From: Nitrosopumilus sp.
GTDB taxonomy: Archaea; Thermoproteota; Nitrososphaeria; Nitrososphaerales; Nitrosopumilaceae
Length of the DNA: 64,000 nt
Reading direction: 5' to 3'
Assembly: GCA_965249555.1 (NCBI GenBank)
Contig: OZ252243.1
Span: forward strand, 2,080,001 to 2,144,000
Shown here: positions 10,774-21,299 of the stretch, piece by piece
Layout of the letters: each line of letters begins with the position of its first letter
Numbering within the stretch: position 1 is the stretch's first letter
Notes under the pieces: model-generated
The model's database searches: none
What the model was told of the DNA's origin: nothing
What the model saw: the letters and a program-made list of their open reading frames with translations, nothing else
Made by a program: the position numbers and the translations under genes

Positions 10774-11822
10774 TTCATTACACTCTCAAACACTGGAATT
10801 AATTCATCTAGTGTATGATAATAAGAATTTACATATAAAATGGTATATTCATCAGGTGCAAAAGCAACATTAGCTATGTAATAATTTAAATCGTTTCCAC
10901 CGGCATAGGCACTTACAAATTTACCATCTCTAGTCATTTCTCTAAGTTCACCATAATTACCACGTTGAGAAGATCTTGATTCCCATAAACTCTCAGCAAT
11001 ATCCTCCTGTGAATTCCAAGGAACATCTGCAATTTTAACTACAATACCATATCCATTAGATTGTCTGTACAAACTAGTATCAGTTACATTTGGATATAGT
11101 ATAAAATCACTAGGAACAAAACGATACCCAACAGAGTGAACTTCATAAGCAGAATTGGGATCATAGTTACGCTGTAGTTGATAATTGTTAGAATACGCAT
11201 ATAGTAATTTGTAGCCGTCAAGAATGTATGTAGGCATCCAGTCTTCAATGTATAGTCCAACACCTTGGTTTTTTGAATATTTTTCATGTGGAGGAGAAGA
11301 TATTGAAGCTAAACCACTTACATCATTATTACCAATTACCAAATCATAGCCCATAATTTTATCAAATATTGGCCGAGGTCCTGGTCCTCTTTGTAAAACA
11401 CCCTTGTATTCTCTACCATCATCAACAAATTCTACAGGTGAGGCCACATTCAAAACTGTAATTTGTGGCTCATCATTTACATTATCAACTGTTAATTTTA
11501 CATTTGTAGAATCAGGTTCTTCTACATCCATATTTGTAGAATCAGGTTCTTCTACATCCATATTTGTAGAATCAACAGTAATTGCTATAACATTAAATCC
11601 AATTTGCAACAATCTATCTACCGAGTTTTCAGTTACACAAGCTGGAGTGTTTCGTGGTGATTCCATTAAAATTTTCGAACCATTACATTGAATTTCATTA
11701 ATTGGTATTCCCGAACTGTATTGTTTGAATGGTGATAAGATTTCTGTCTCTGCAAGTGCAGGTATTGCACTTAATCCGATAGCAATGACTGCAAGCAGTA
11801 TTGATGTTGTTATATTATTCAA
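10770..11822 (-). CDS. secreted protein with thaumarchaeal SPxKQ...CV N-terminal module
   Basis: signal peptide; SPFKQYSSGIPINEIQC...ACVTENSVDRL; 30-bp DSTNMDVEEP repeat; stop overlaps the adhesin start. Confidence 0.75.
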   Translation of the reverse strand: MNNITTSILLAVIAIGLSAIPALAETEILSPFKQYSSGIPINEIQCNGSKILMESPRNTPACVTENSVDRLLQIGFNVIAITVDSTNMDVEEPDSTNMDVEEPDSTNVKLTVDNVNDEPQITVLNVASPVEFVDDGREYKGVLQRGPGPRPIFDKIMGYDLVIGNNDVSGLASISSPPHEKYSKNQGVGLYIEDWMPTYILDGYKLLYAYSNNYQLQRNYDPNSAYEVHSVGYRFVPSDFILYPNVTDTSLYRQSNGYGIVVKIADVPWNSQEDIAESLWESRSSQRGNYGELREMTRDGKFVSAYAGGNDLNYYIANVAFAPDEYTILYVNSYYHTLDELIPVFESVMK

Positions 11823-12216
11823 TAATTTATAATAGTATAGAAGTATATTAGAGATTGGTAACTTAACTGGAGCTGTTTTCTCGTGGAAAGTGTCGGGAGC
11901 TGACGTTTTGAATCAGTGGTCTATTATAGTGACATAGGCATGAAATCACGATCTTATTCAGATTCAAAAATTAAAATGGAATAAAAAGAATCAAAAGACG
12001 GTTCAGAGCAAAGCCTAATCATCACGATTGGCTTCAGACTAACGCTTTCTTTATTCCGGGATGGGAAAATAGGCTAATCTATCATGTCCCGAATCAAACA
12101 CTTTTGGAAAATACCCATAATATCGAAATTGGGATTTTCCATGTCCCTAATCAAACAGCAGGTGGAAGTGTCCCAAAGTTTGAACAGTACCATATTCTAC
12201 CACTCGCAGATTACAC

Positions 12217-12729
12217 AGACGTTATACGAAATCTTTTTCCCATCTTGTGATGTATACCTACTGTTGGGCCTGAGAGTTGAATGAATACTGCCATGTACAA
12301 GGGCGTTACACAGACTAACTCAAAGTGAGCGGAAAACAAAATACCACATAGATGGTGAATGGGAGCATTCCGCTAGATCAGGCAATTTGATCAAAAAGGA
12401 GGTGATGGTATGATCAGCATAGGAATTGATGTTCACAAAATAAAATGTGTTGCAACAAAATAGGAATCCAGAAAGAAGCTAGAGCAGTCAAGCTTTGATA
12501 ATACAACAAATGGGATAATGGGTTTTATCAAACATATCAAAAGCACATATGGCAATGACATACAGGCAGTATGTGAGTCAACTGCAAACTATTGGATCAG
12601 ACTACATGACACGCTAGAAGACCATGGAATTGATACAACTCTTGCACATCCTGCAAAGACCAAGATAATTGCACAGGCAAAGCTAAAAAACGACAAACTT
12701 GATTCAGACGTATTGGCAGACTTGCTAAG
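12217..12729 (+). mobile_element. IS110-family left end plus 5' transposase pseudogene
   Basis: ATG at 12410 MISIGIDVHK then a premature stop; inverted copy of 4518-5030. Confidence 0.85.
12270..12375 (+). ncRNA. candidate IS110 bridge/seek RNA (two guide-loop domains)
   Basis: stems gagtt/aactc and gcggaa/ttccgc, each with an inner hairpin; loops contain TTACACA and ATGGGAGCA, which match the element's junction sequences. Confidence 0.55.
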
Positions 12730-13492
12730 TTCTTAGTTGACTCGTATGGTTTGGAATCATCATATGCCGGATCACACCATATGCTATTCATCAATCCAGA
12801 AAGTGACCCTATCAATTTTTCATATGGCTTGCTATCATGAACATTTGCAGTAGTTACACATGGCAGATAATGGAACTAGTCTTTCCCGTACTGTAACTCA
12901 TGTGTAGTTTGTATCCATACGCCCAACCCTTTGATTTGGAGAATCCCCACAATTGGTAAGTGATTCTTTTTGATGTCTGATTTGTGCCATACTGGACCTG
13001 AAGCTTTTAACATTGAACTATCAACTGATGCTGATTCACTATTCACCAATCCTTCTGAGACAAACAAATCGCCTACAGTGTCAATAATTTCATTGATTGG
13101 CAAACATTGAAATCTTTTGTCAATTGTCCTTCTGTCAGGGATTTAATCTGCAAACCTTGAGTAATTTGTCATTGGTACATTTGATTGAGAGAAAATAATG
13201 CAGTGTGCTGTCACTTGGAATTCTCATCCATGACTTTATGATGTATAATTACACCATCAGAACAGTCAAATGGACATATGGTAGTCCTCGTCTCATTGCA
13301 TTCTCGTACAGATATAGTGTTCCCGCCAGATACAAAACACCAATAAGAAATGACTCACATAGAATCCTGCTAGGGATTTTTATTTGTTTTGTAATCATTT
13401 CAATGAACAAAACATGATGAGATCCTTTGCTTTTTCTATTTGAATAATTTGAGAAATCGGTTAAAAATTAGAATGGATTATGCCCATGTCTC
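12730..13492 (-). mobile_element. IS982/IS5-like element, left end plus degraded 5' transposase
   Basis: terminal GAGACATGGGCATAAT ending at 13492; frameshifted copy of 30110-30900. Confidence 0.85.
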
Positions 13493-13676
13493 AGTAAACT
13501 GTGAATGTTTTTTTGGTGCTTTGATTTTGTTTTATTGGTATAACCGTACAATTTGTGGGCTGCAGACCTTACGTATACTTTGTAAGATCGCAAATTGCCA
13601 TAAATTTGTTTATTATTTTGAGGCATACCGCAAGTCATTATCAATTTTATTATAACAAGGTGCCGTGTATAGTACA
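13493..13676 (+). promoter_or_regulatory. conserved upstream cassette, copy 1 (TATA-like TTTTATTATAA about 30 nt before ATG)
   Basis: near-identical reverse-complement copies at 43974-44158 and 45854-46036. Confidence 0.7.
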
Positions 13677-14582
13677 ATGACATTGAAAATGACAATACCA
13701 TTGTTAATAGCGATGCTGTTAGTTCCGGCAGGGATTAATGGTATTACTGCACAAACAGTACAAAACGAATCTACGTTAGAACTAGAATTAACAGCATATG
13801 AGAAATCAATGTTGGAAAGCCCTAGTCTGAAAGATGTAAGTGAAGAAGTAAAAATTGATTTTATTAAAAATCTAAGAGAATTCAGAAATAATCTTTCTGG
13901 ATACGATGCAAAAATTGTAGAAAAATTAGATGAACTTGCAATTGCAGATCTCAAACTCAAAGAGGCCAATAATTCAAACAAAGATGAGAAAACAATACAA
14001 AAATATGAATCTCAAAAAGCATTAAAAATATTTGAATTAGAAGATTTGGGAGTACCATCACAAGAAAGATTGGAGGCAAATCCACAATACTGGACAGAAA
14101 AAGCAATTGAATCTAAAAAACGTATTGAAAGTAACAATACACAACCAGTAATTGGAACTGATAGAAATGATGACATTTATTTCATCCATTCTAGTGATTC
14201 AGCTCTGAAGAGAGTATCAATACTTTGGGTTCCTTGTTGGAATGAAGGATTCCAAGTTAGTTGTCCTAATCTTAATTGGGGTTGGAATGTAGGGACTACT
14301 ACAGCATTCTGGTGGATTCCTACTGATGGAATTATGAGTTTTGGAAGCCAAATTTGTAATGATAGTGATATCAATCATGACACGATTAACTACAATATGA
14401 GAATTGAACGTGAAATCATTAGTATTTTCCAAACAACTGTATATGATTTTGATAACACTACTAGTGAAAGTCTAGATGCTGATCGATACAATTGTGACAA
14501 TACTACATTTTACAAGTCTGTTAATGCAGGAAGCCGTACTGAATTAAGTACATCAATCAGTAACATTTTTGTTACTGGTTAA
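13677..14582 (+). CDS. secreted protein, helical N-half and beta-rich C-half; paralog of 44942-45853
   Basis: signal peptide; FELEDLGV...NPQYW and HSSDSALKR motifs shared with paralog; ATG 13677 aligns with the other cassette copies. Confidence 0.75.
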   Translation: MTLKMTIPLLIAMLLVPAGINGITAQTVQNESTLELELTAYEKSMLESPSLKDVSEEVKIDFIKNLREFRNNLSGYDAKIVEKLDELAIADLKLKEANNSNKDEKTIQKYESQKALKIFELEDLGVPSQERLEANPQYWTEKAIESKKRIESNNTQPVIGTDRNDDIYFIHSSDSALKRVSILWVPCWNEGFQVSCPNLNWGWNVGTTTAFWWIPTDGIMSFGSQICNDSDINHDTINYNMRIEREIISIFQTTVYDFDNTTSESLDADRYNCDNTTFYKSVNAGSRTELSTSISNIFVTG

Positions 14583-14599
14583 CTCTCTATTTTTTTATT

Positions 14600-14875
14600 A
14601 TGCAAATACAAAATTTTATCTTTGGTATAGGTATTTTTTTTATATTCATGTCAGGTACTTTTTACCATCCTTTATTGGGGGTAATTTTAGTAGAGTCTGT
14701 AGGAGCTAGATTACAACTAGACATAGAAAATTCTGAAAATATTGTTGATGTATCAAAACCATCAGATGTATTTTACTCTAATGCATATATTTCTGCAATA
14801 TATGGGCTGCCTTTTTTAATATTGGGTTTTTATTTCATATACAAATTTAAAAAATTACCAATTAAGAAAATTTAA
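14600..14875 (+). CDS. small two-TM membrane protein
   Basis: two hydrophobic segments; directly follows the secreted protein. Confidence 0.6.
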   Translation: MQIQNFIFGIGIFFIFMSGTFYHPLLGVILVESVGARLQLDIENSENIVDVSKPSDVFYSNAYISAIYGLPFLILGFYFIYKFKKLPIKKI

Positions 14876-15007
14876 AATATTTTTGGTTGTTAAATATAAA
14901 CAGTAATCAAAACATATGGTAAAACCAAATGGCCATCATAATGGGAGTAATTTTAGTATTCTTATCCTACTGAGAAAAGGGTTCTGTGAAGTTATAGAGA
15001 CCTAAGA

Positions 15008-15277
15008 CTAGATTGAATTTTCTTTGTGTAGTGAGGCGTTTTGAATGATAGTCTTCCATTTGTTAGCACCAACCATTTCTATCAGTGAGGCTTGAGCTGG
15101 TGTCTTACCTTTCAAGGCACTATGCTTTTTTGTGAAATTGTAATACACTTTCATGCCCTCAATTATTGAGGTATCCATCTTTTTGAGACCCCTAAAGGTT
15201 TTCTTTCTGTCTCTTATCTCACCGTTAAGACGTTCCATTTTGTTGTTGTTCATATTTAATACTTGTATCACTTTCAA
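15008..15277 (-). pseudogene. C-terminal remnant of IS6-like/integrase-core transposase
   Basis: NNKMERLNGEIRDR...RGLK...YYNF.K.H.ALKGKTPAQ. Confidence 0.7.
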
Positions 15278-15455
15278 TCATTTCAGCATAATTGCATATA
15301 AAATCATCAGGATTCTTTAACAAGCGTAAGTAATACTTCAAAGTGCCTAATATGCCATTAACGATTACTTGACACCCATGAGTTCGATTAATCTTTATAA
15401 TTTCATTAGTAATCTCAATATCATTTTTACAATCTTCATCAGTGCTTAAGAGATA

Positions 15456-16528
15456 TAGCGACGATCAAAAGTTCGTGAACATCTTTGCAGGATTTCTAAA
15501 AATATAATTAACAACATCAAGTTTGAATTTTTTTGTTCCAAAGTATTGTGACACTACATTATTCATTATTGTAAACATTGCATAATATTCTGATACCAAC
15601 AACACATGCTTATTTTCCAACACTGCTCTATCATGTTTAGATATGGTGGGTCCTTTTGGCAGCCAAATCAGTGTGACATCTGGATTATCTGTCAAAAAGT
15701 CCTTGACCTTCTTTGATTGCTGCACTGATGCCCTGTCAAGTATCAACGCAATTTTACCATATTTGTAGTGCAACTCAGATATTCTACAAATGTTATACCG
15801 TTGAATTTTTTATAAATTCTAAACAGTTGGCCCCCATTGATTGTAACTGTTCCATACACTGCCAAACTTTCATGGTTTCCCACATATGGAAGAAATATTC
15901 TTTTGGCAACTGGTGAGCAATATTTTCGTCCTGCTTTTATATCCCTAACAAAGAATGCCTCATCAAGCATTGCAATGGTGAATCCACTCTTTTTTAGGCG
16001 TGGAATTCTCTTTTTCATGCGTTGCTGCCCAGCTGCGCACGGCTGTTACACTTGCATGATTGACGTGATATTTGTGCAGTTTTAGCAGACATTCCATACT
16101 GGCGCATTATTCTTCTGACATGTGTTGTGTGAAATTTTATTCCAGTAGAATCAAATATTGCCTGCTGCAGCATTACAGGTGTAAATAGTGTCGACATAAT
16201 TTTGAGCATGATATAATTCATTTGCTTCTTTGGGATTACACATGGTCTTCCACTCCTTGGGTGATCGTAGAGGCCATCTACTTTAAAACGATCAACCCAT
16301 TTGCGTACCCAGTTTGTACAGCGGTATGGTGTTTGTGCGGTGTACTCTAATTCCTTGCCATCTTTGAGAACCATTAGTACTGCAAGCATCCTGACTATAT
16401 CTTTGGAGTTTTCCTTTTTGTATGCTGCTTCAAGCTGTTCTAACTTGTTCATGTGTTTCATTGTGTGTAGTGATCAAAAAGTCTTTTGTTTTGATGATTT
16501 TTAGTTCACGAACTTTGACTCTTCGCTA
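15456..16528 (-). mobile_element. IS630-family element, frameshifted
   Basis: imperfect TIRs tagcgacgatcaaaagttcgtgaac / gttcacgaactttgactcttcgcta, TA on both sides, HTH ORF plus DEA...LILDRAS DDE ORF. Confidence 0.88.
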
Positions 16529-16725
16529 TACAACATCATTAAAAATTCATAAAACTATATCCCCAATAGTTGAACATTATGAGAATGATGCGGCTACTAA
16601 ACTATTACTATATAATGAGATGATAAAATGATAGGTTAAATATTAACAAAATTCTTTGCATAACTAAACAAATTTTTAATGAATCGATGATCCGTTTTAT
16701 TATACAGTATATATTCAAATAACTA

Positions 16726-17317
16726 ATGACTATGAATTACGTAATAATGACAATATTAACTGTAGCAATACTTGCAGTTAGTATCAATCCGATATTTGCC
16801 GAACATGATTTACCAGAGGATAATCCATTCAATAGTGGAATTTAATCCATTTGTTATGATATTGGGACATTGAATTCTATAACTGTGAATGGATCCGATG
16901 ATAATGGATTGCTTTTAGCAAATGAAGCTGATGAATCCAGACAAATGATAGACGCTACAGATATGACAGTAAGCCATGATTCACAATGCAGTACGGGAGA
17001 TAACCGTGTTGGAGGTGGTAATCTTGGTTATTCTAGTAGACAAGGTGTAGAACTTGAATACAATATTGGTAACAATGATCAATATTCAAAAATCTACATC
17101 AATAATCTTAGAAATTGGTCTACATCTAGTACCTGTGGTTGGTTTCAAGATTTGAATCCGGAATATGTCTTTAATCATGAATTTGGACACTGCAGGATTA
17201 GATCACACAGAAAATTGGTGGACTAGTAATAGTCACAGTTTAATGAAACCAAGTTGTAATAGTGAATTTGATGACCTCAAACCTGACAACATTATACAAA
17301 TCAATGGAATTTATTAG
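16726..17317 (+). pseudogene. secreted matrixin-like zinc metalloprotease pseudogene
   Basis: signal peptide, early in-frame TAA, HEFGH followed by a frameshift; paralog of 36846-37379. Confidence 0.7.
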
Positions 17318-17323
17318 GAGATC

Positions 17324-17908
17324 ATGAAAATGAAATTTCTACTTCCAGTAATCTTTGCAAGTGTAATTGTTGCAGTTAGTATGGTAATGGTTAATGATGA
17401 TACATATAGTACATATGAATATGTACCATCAGATATTACAAAAGCAAATTCAAATATCAAACTCGCAAGTGGCAGTTCATCATTTGATACAATCAACCCT
17501 TCAGAAATAAAAGACAAAATTACTCACACTGTTATAGCCGAAGTAAAATCTGTAGATGATGTTATTCCTTGGCAAGATAAATGGGGCGAAACCTATGGTG
17601 CAGTTCCTGTAACTCTAAAAGTAATGGAAGTTGTAAAAGGTGACATATCCACAAAAAAAATAACCATTTATCTGCATGGAATGTATGAGCAAGATGAATT
17701 CTATCTTTTACCAAATGAACCACAATTTGAAATTAATGAAAAAGTTCTAGTTCATTTAAGCACACAAGATAAAAATGGGTTTGAAGAAGGAGTATTATAT
17801 GTTCAGATAGCTGAATATGGTAAATATAAGATTGTCAATGATCAAGCATACAACAAAAATAATCCAAACGGAAAAAGTTTAGATTCTGCAAAGAACGAAT
17901 CTAAATGA
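17324..17908 (+). CDS. membrane-anchored partner protein; paralog of 37393-37983
   Basis: N-terminal TM segment; identical C-terminus PNGKSLDSAKNESK. Confidence 0.75.
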   Translation: MKMKFLLPVIFASVIVAVSMVMVNDDTYSTYEYVPSDITKANSNIKLASGSSSFDTINPSEIKDKITHTVIAEVKSVDDVIPWQDKWGETYGAVPVTLKVMEVVKGDISTKKITIYLHGMYEQDEFYLLPNEPQFEINEKVLVHLSTQDKNGFEEGVLYVQIAEYGKYKIVNDQAYNKNNPNGKSLDSAKNESK

Positions 17909-17999
17909 TTTTTCTTTTTTTCTAATTATGGTATTTGCTCAGATATGAGGACCTAAAAGAATAACACTAAAGTCATACCTCATTACTATTGATAAAATA

Positions 18000-18126
18000 G
18001 GCTCTGGTCAGTTCTGGTGATCTAGCATAGATAGTGGTCAGAAGTGACAAATATGGATCTTCTCAAGATTGCCCGACCCCCTTGAAAAATCCTTGGTCAG
18101 AAGTGATATAAAAAATTCTTGAATAC
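18000..18126. repeat. dispersed repeat of about 127 bp, copy 1
   Basis: direct copy at 26049-26178; internal ggtca(g/a)aagtga sub-repeats. Confidence 0.8.
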
Positions 18127-18460
18127 TCCCATACGAAATCGTCTCCAACCCTACTGAGGACACTTACTAGCGTGCTTTGCTGAATCAGGACATCTCAGAT
18201 ATGCCTTGCATCTTATACTTTCGCTGTGTCAGTTCATGATTTTGTGTATAATACACTTTCAGAGTTAACATGTGCCCGGATTATTGCAAGCATCCGGTCT
18301 TGCAGCTGCCACCTTTGTTTTCACCTCTTTGCAATTCTGAAATAGAATGATCCCATTCTTTCATCAAATCGTACTGTAGTATTTGCAGCCTCTACCATTG
18401 CGTTACGTAACCATGCAGAACCCCTCTTTGTTATTCCGCCTCCTCGGTGCACATCTGCAC
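18126..18460 (-). mobile_element. IS110-family 3' remnant and right end
   Basis: ITKRGSAWLRNAMVEAA...FY.RIAKR; ends GATTTCGTATGGGAG, the inverse of ATACGAAATC in the left ends. Confidence 0.8.
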
Positions 18461-19053
18461 TATCCCTGTGCGATGGTGCAAATCGTAATCTTTTCACCAT
18501 CACGAATTTGTTGTGGTATTTCAATATGTCTAGAATTTGTTTGTAATGTGGATTGTAATGCAAAAGAATCATCCATTTGGTTAAACTCTGAATTTATTGC
18601 AGGTGGTATCTCCCAAGTATTTCCATATTGTGTGGGATCCATTTTTTTAATTATATGGGTAGTATCATTTATTGTAGTTATAACATAATTTTTATCAATT
18701 CCTCTCATTTCCATACGGATCATACTATCAATTACAACAATTGATACAGTACCATCTTCAATGATACCTTTGTATCTGTATTCGTCATCTGTTCTATAGT
18801 TAATTTTTTCTCGTGTAATTTCTATTATTTCACCAAAGATGTTTAATTGCATTTTTGGTTGATTTAGTGCATCCAGATTAATATTCACATATGCAGCATT
18901 GGAAACTGTAGGTGTTGTTATTTCAGGTGGACTCGCTATATTAGATGGTATTAATTCAACAAGATCTGGTACTTGCTGTGCAAATGAATCTTCCAATATG
19001 GGAGACAATAATACCAATACCAGAAAAGGAATTACATTTTTTACTAAAGTCAT
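18460..19053 (-). pseudogene. secreted protein (possible protease prodomain) truncated by IS110 DNA
   Basis: signal peptide; reading frame ends at the IS junction. Confidence 0.55.
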
Positions 19054-19118
19054 TAAATGGCAAAGTGCATAACCACGTTAAAAGATTGTCGATCAAACTA
19101 TTACTTGTTGGTTTTATA

Positions 19119-20516
19119 TTATTGCATTCTCTTTAGAATATCTATTGCTTTTTGCACATCATTATCAGCATCAATTAAAGCCTGTGTTGCATCGTGACGT
19201 GACACTATAGCTTCATTTGCCACATACCTAATATCATCAGCATCGATATGATAATCAACTGTTTCTCGTAGAGGTATGAATTCTTCAAATTCCCCTGTTT
19301 CATCATTAACTCTAGACCCGCCTGCACTTCCAGTTCTTTCTACATATAATAGATTTCCAGTTACTGCATCAAAAAATCCAAAATAGGTCAAAGATACACC
19401 ATCTGAGGATCTTGTAGGTGAAGGTATGCTACAATATACAAGTTGGAGTTTGTAAATAGGTCTCTCATCATATAGTTGCAATGAGGGTTTGGTCCATTGT
19501 TCGAAATATATACCATCTTCAACATGATTATCTTTACAACCAACGTTAAGAAATTTATCATGTTCTAAGACAAATCTTGTAGATGCTTCTTTAAGGTTTG
19601 TTGGGTCTGCAAGTTTCATCTCATTTAGATTGTCATTCCAATAACCAAAGAAGATCATAGTATAACCACCATGTAGATTTACATGAAGTGTATTAGTAGA
19701 TAAATGATAACCATGTGCATTCTGAAAATAACGCTTTTTATCAACGCTAGTAGGTCTAATAGCACTTTCATATGTTGCAAGTTTCAAATCAATTCCCATA
19801 TATTCAAAAAAATCTCTTGCTTGTTCGTGACCAGTTGATATTTCAAAACTATGTGGATGTACAAGTTGAATAGTTACTTTAAGATACCTCTGTGTGTATT
19901 TTTCAAGTTCTATATAACCCTCATTTTCTAAAAAATATCTGTATTTGTCATACATCTCTCTTTTGTCTATTATTCTAATACCAAAATAATCGGCAATCTT
20001 TTGTGCAAAAGCATCTGGATCATCAGGGGGTAATTTTATTACACTAGGGTAAAGAATATCTTGTGGAATTAATTCCGAGATATTTTTAGGGTTTAGAATA
20101 TACACTGGTTCCTCATGTGTGGTTTGAACCGTTGAATTTGTACTGGTTGATTTATCAACACTGGCATCCAATTCTTCAATAGGTGAAGCAATTACAGGAT
20201 TTACATTATCAACTGTTGATTTTACATTTGTAGAATCTTGTTTTTCTACATCCGTATTTGTAGAATCGACAGTAATTGCTATAACATTAAATCCAATTTG
20301 CAACAATCTATCTACCGAGTTTTCAGTTACACAAGCTGGAGTGTTTCGTGGCGATTCCATCAAAATTTTAGAATCACTGCATTGGATTTCATTAATGGGT
20401 ATTCCCGAACTGTATTGTTTGAATGGTGATAAGATTTCTGTCTCTGCAAGTGCAGGTATTGCACTTAATCCGATAGCAAAGACTGCAAGCAGTATTGATG
20501 TTGTTGTATTATTCAA
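19119..20516 (-). CDS. secreted SPxKQ-module protein with C-terminal UBA-like domain
   Basis: N-terminal about 100 aa nearly identical to 10770-11822; ends DDIRYVANEAIVSRHDATQALIDADNDVQKAIDIL. Confidence 0.7.
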   Translation of the reverse strand: MNNTTTSILLAVFAIGLSAIPALAETEILSPFKQYSSGIPINEIQCSDSKILMESPRNTPACVTENSVDRLLQIGFNVIAITVDSTNTDVEKQDSTNVKSTVDNVNPVIASPIEELDASVDKSTSTNSTVQTTHEEPVYILNPKNISELIPQDILYPSVIKLPPDDPDAFAQKIADYFGIRIIDKREMYDKYRYFLENEGYIELEKYTQRYLKVTIQLVHPHSFEISTGHEQARDFFEYMGIDLKLATYESAIRPTSVDKKRYFQNAHGYHLSTNTLHVNLHGGYTMIFFGYWNDNLNEMKLADPTNLKEASTRFVLEHDKFLNVGCKDNHVEDGIYFEQWTKPSLQLYDERPIYKLQLVYCSIPSPTRSSDGVSLTYFGFFDAVTGNLLYVERTGSAGGSRVNDETGEFEEFIPLRETVDYHIDADDIRYVANEAIVSRHDATQALIDADNDVQKAIDILKRMQ

Positions 20517-21299
20517 TAATTTATAATAGTATAGGATGTATATTAGTAATCTTTAAATTTATCTTCAGTATTTTTAAACACTCTTAAAATAATTCCTGCA
20601 ATCTTAACGAAATATTTGAAAATATCAAATCAGATGTGACTGTCATAAATAAAAATTTGAGAAAGTATATTTGATGCACTACTAGTTTGTCTGTAATTTT
20701 GCAGTTGGAACTCTGGTGTACCCCAAGATACTTTGCTTCAATTTTCACCTCTATGCCAATAATTATGGCAAACACTACACAAAGCCCTACTACCCATCCA
20801 ATCCATTCAGGTAAGATTTCTCCAATCTCAAATGGAATAATTACACCTGCGCCATATGCACTCTGTATATTTGTAAACAATAAGGTTTGTAAAGTGATGG
20901 ATCATCAGATATCTTTGCATAATTTCTTTGAATTAATGATTCTACTGATTTTTCAAATATACATATTAGTTTACCATTGAAAACTTTTTCCATTACAACA
21001 CAATCCCTAACAATACATGGTGAAAGTATTTTGGTATTATTCAAGTCCAAATCTCTTACACTGTTCAAACTTTGTGACATTTCCACCTGCTGTTTGATTC
21101 GGGACATGGGAGATTTGTATCCTAGTATTTAGTGTAATAGGCACGGACCGAAAATCTCTTGTGACAATTTTTACAGAAACTATCTGCATAATTAATAAAA
21201 GGCATCATATCCATATCTCCCAGAATATCATCTTGCATATGCTATCACTAAATCATACCTGATGTCAATTAATAATATATGAATCATTTAGAAATAATT

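Noticed and set aside
12084-12188. Short repeat shared in inverted form with 21059-21107
   Set aside because: About 48 bp, most likely another IS-end scar; the ORFs over it are not credible.
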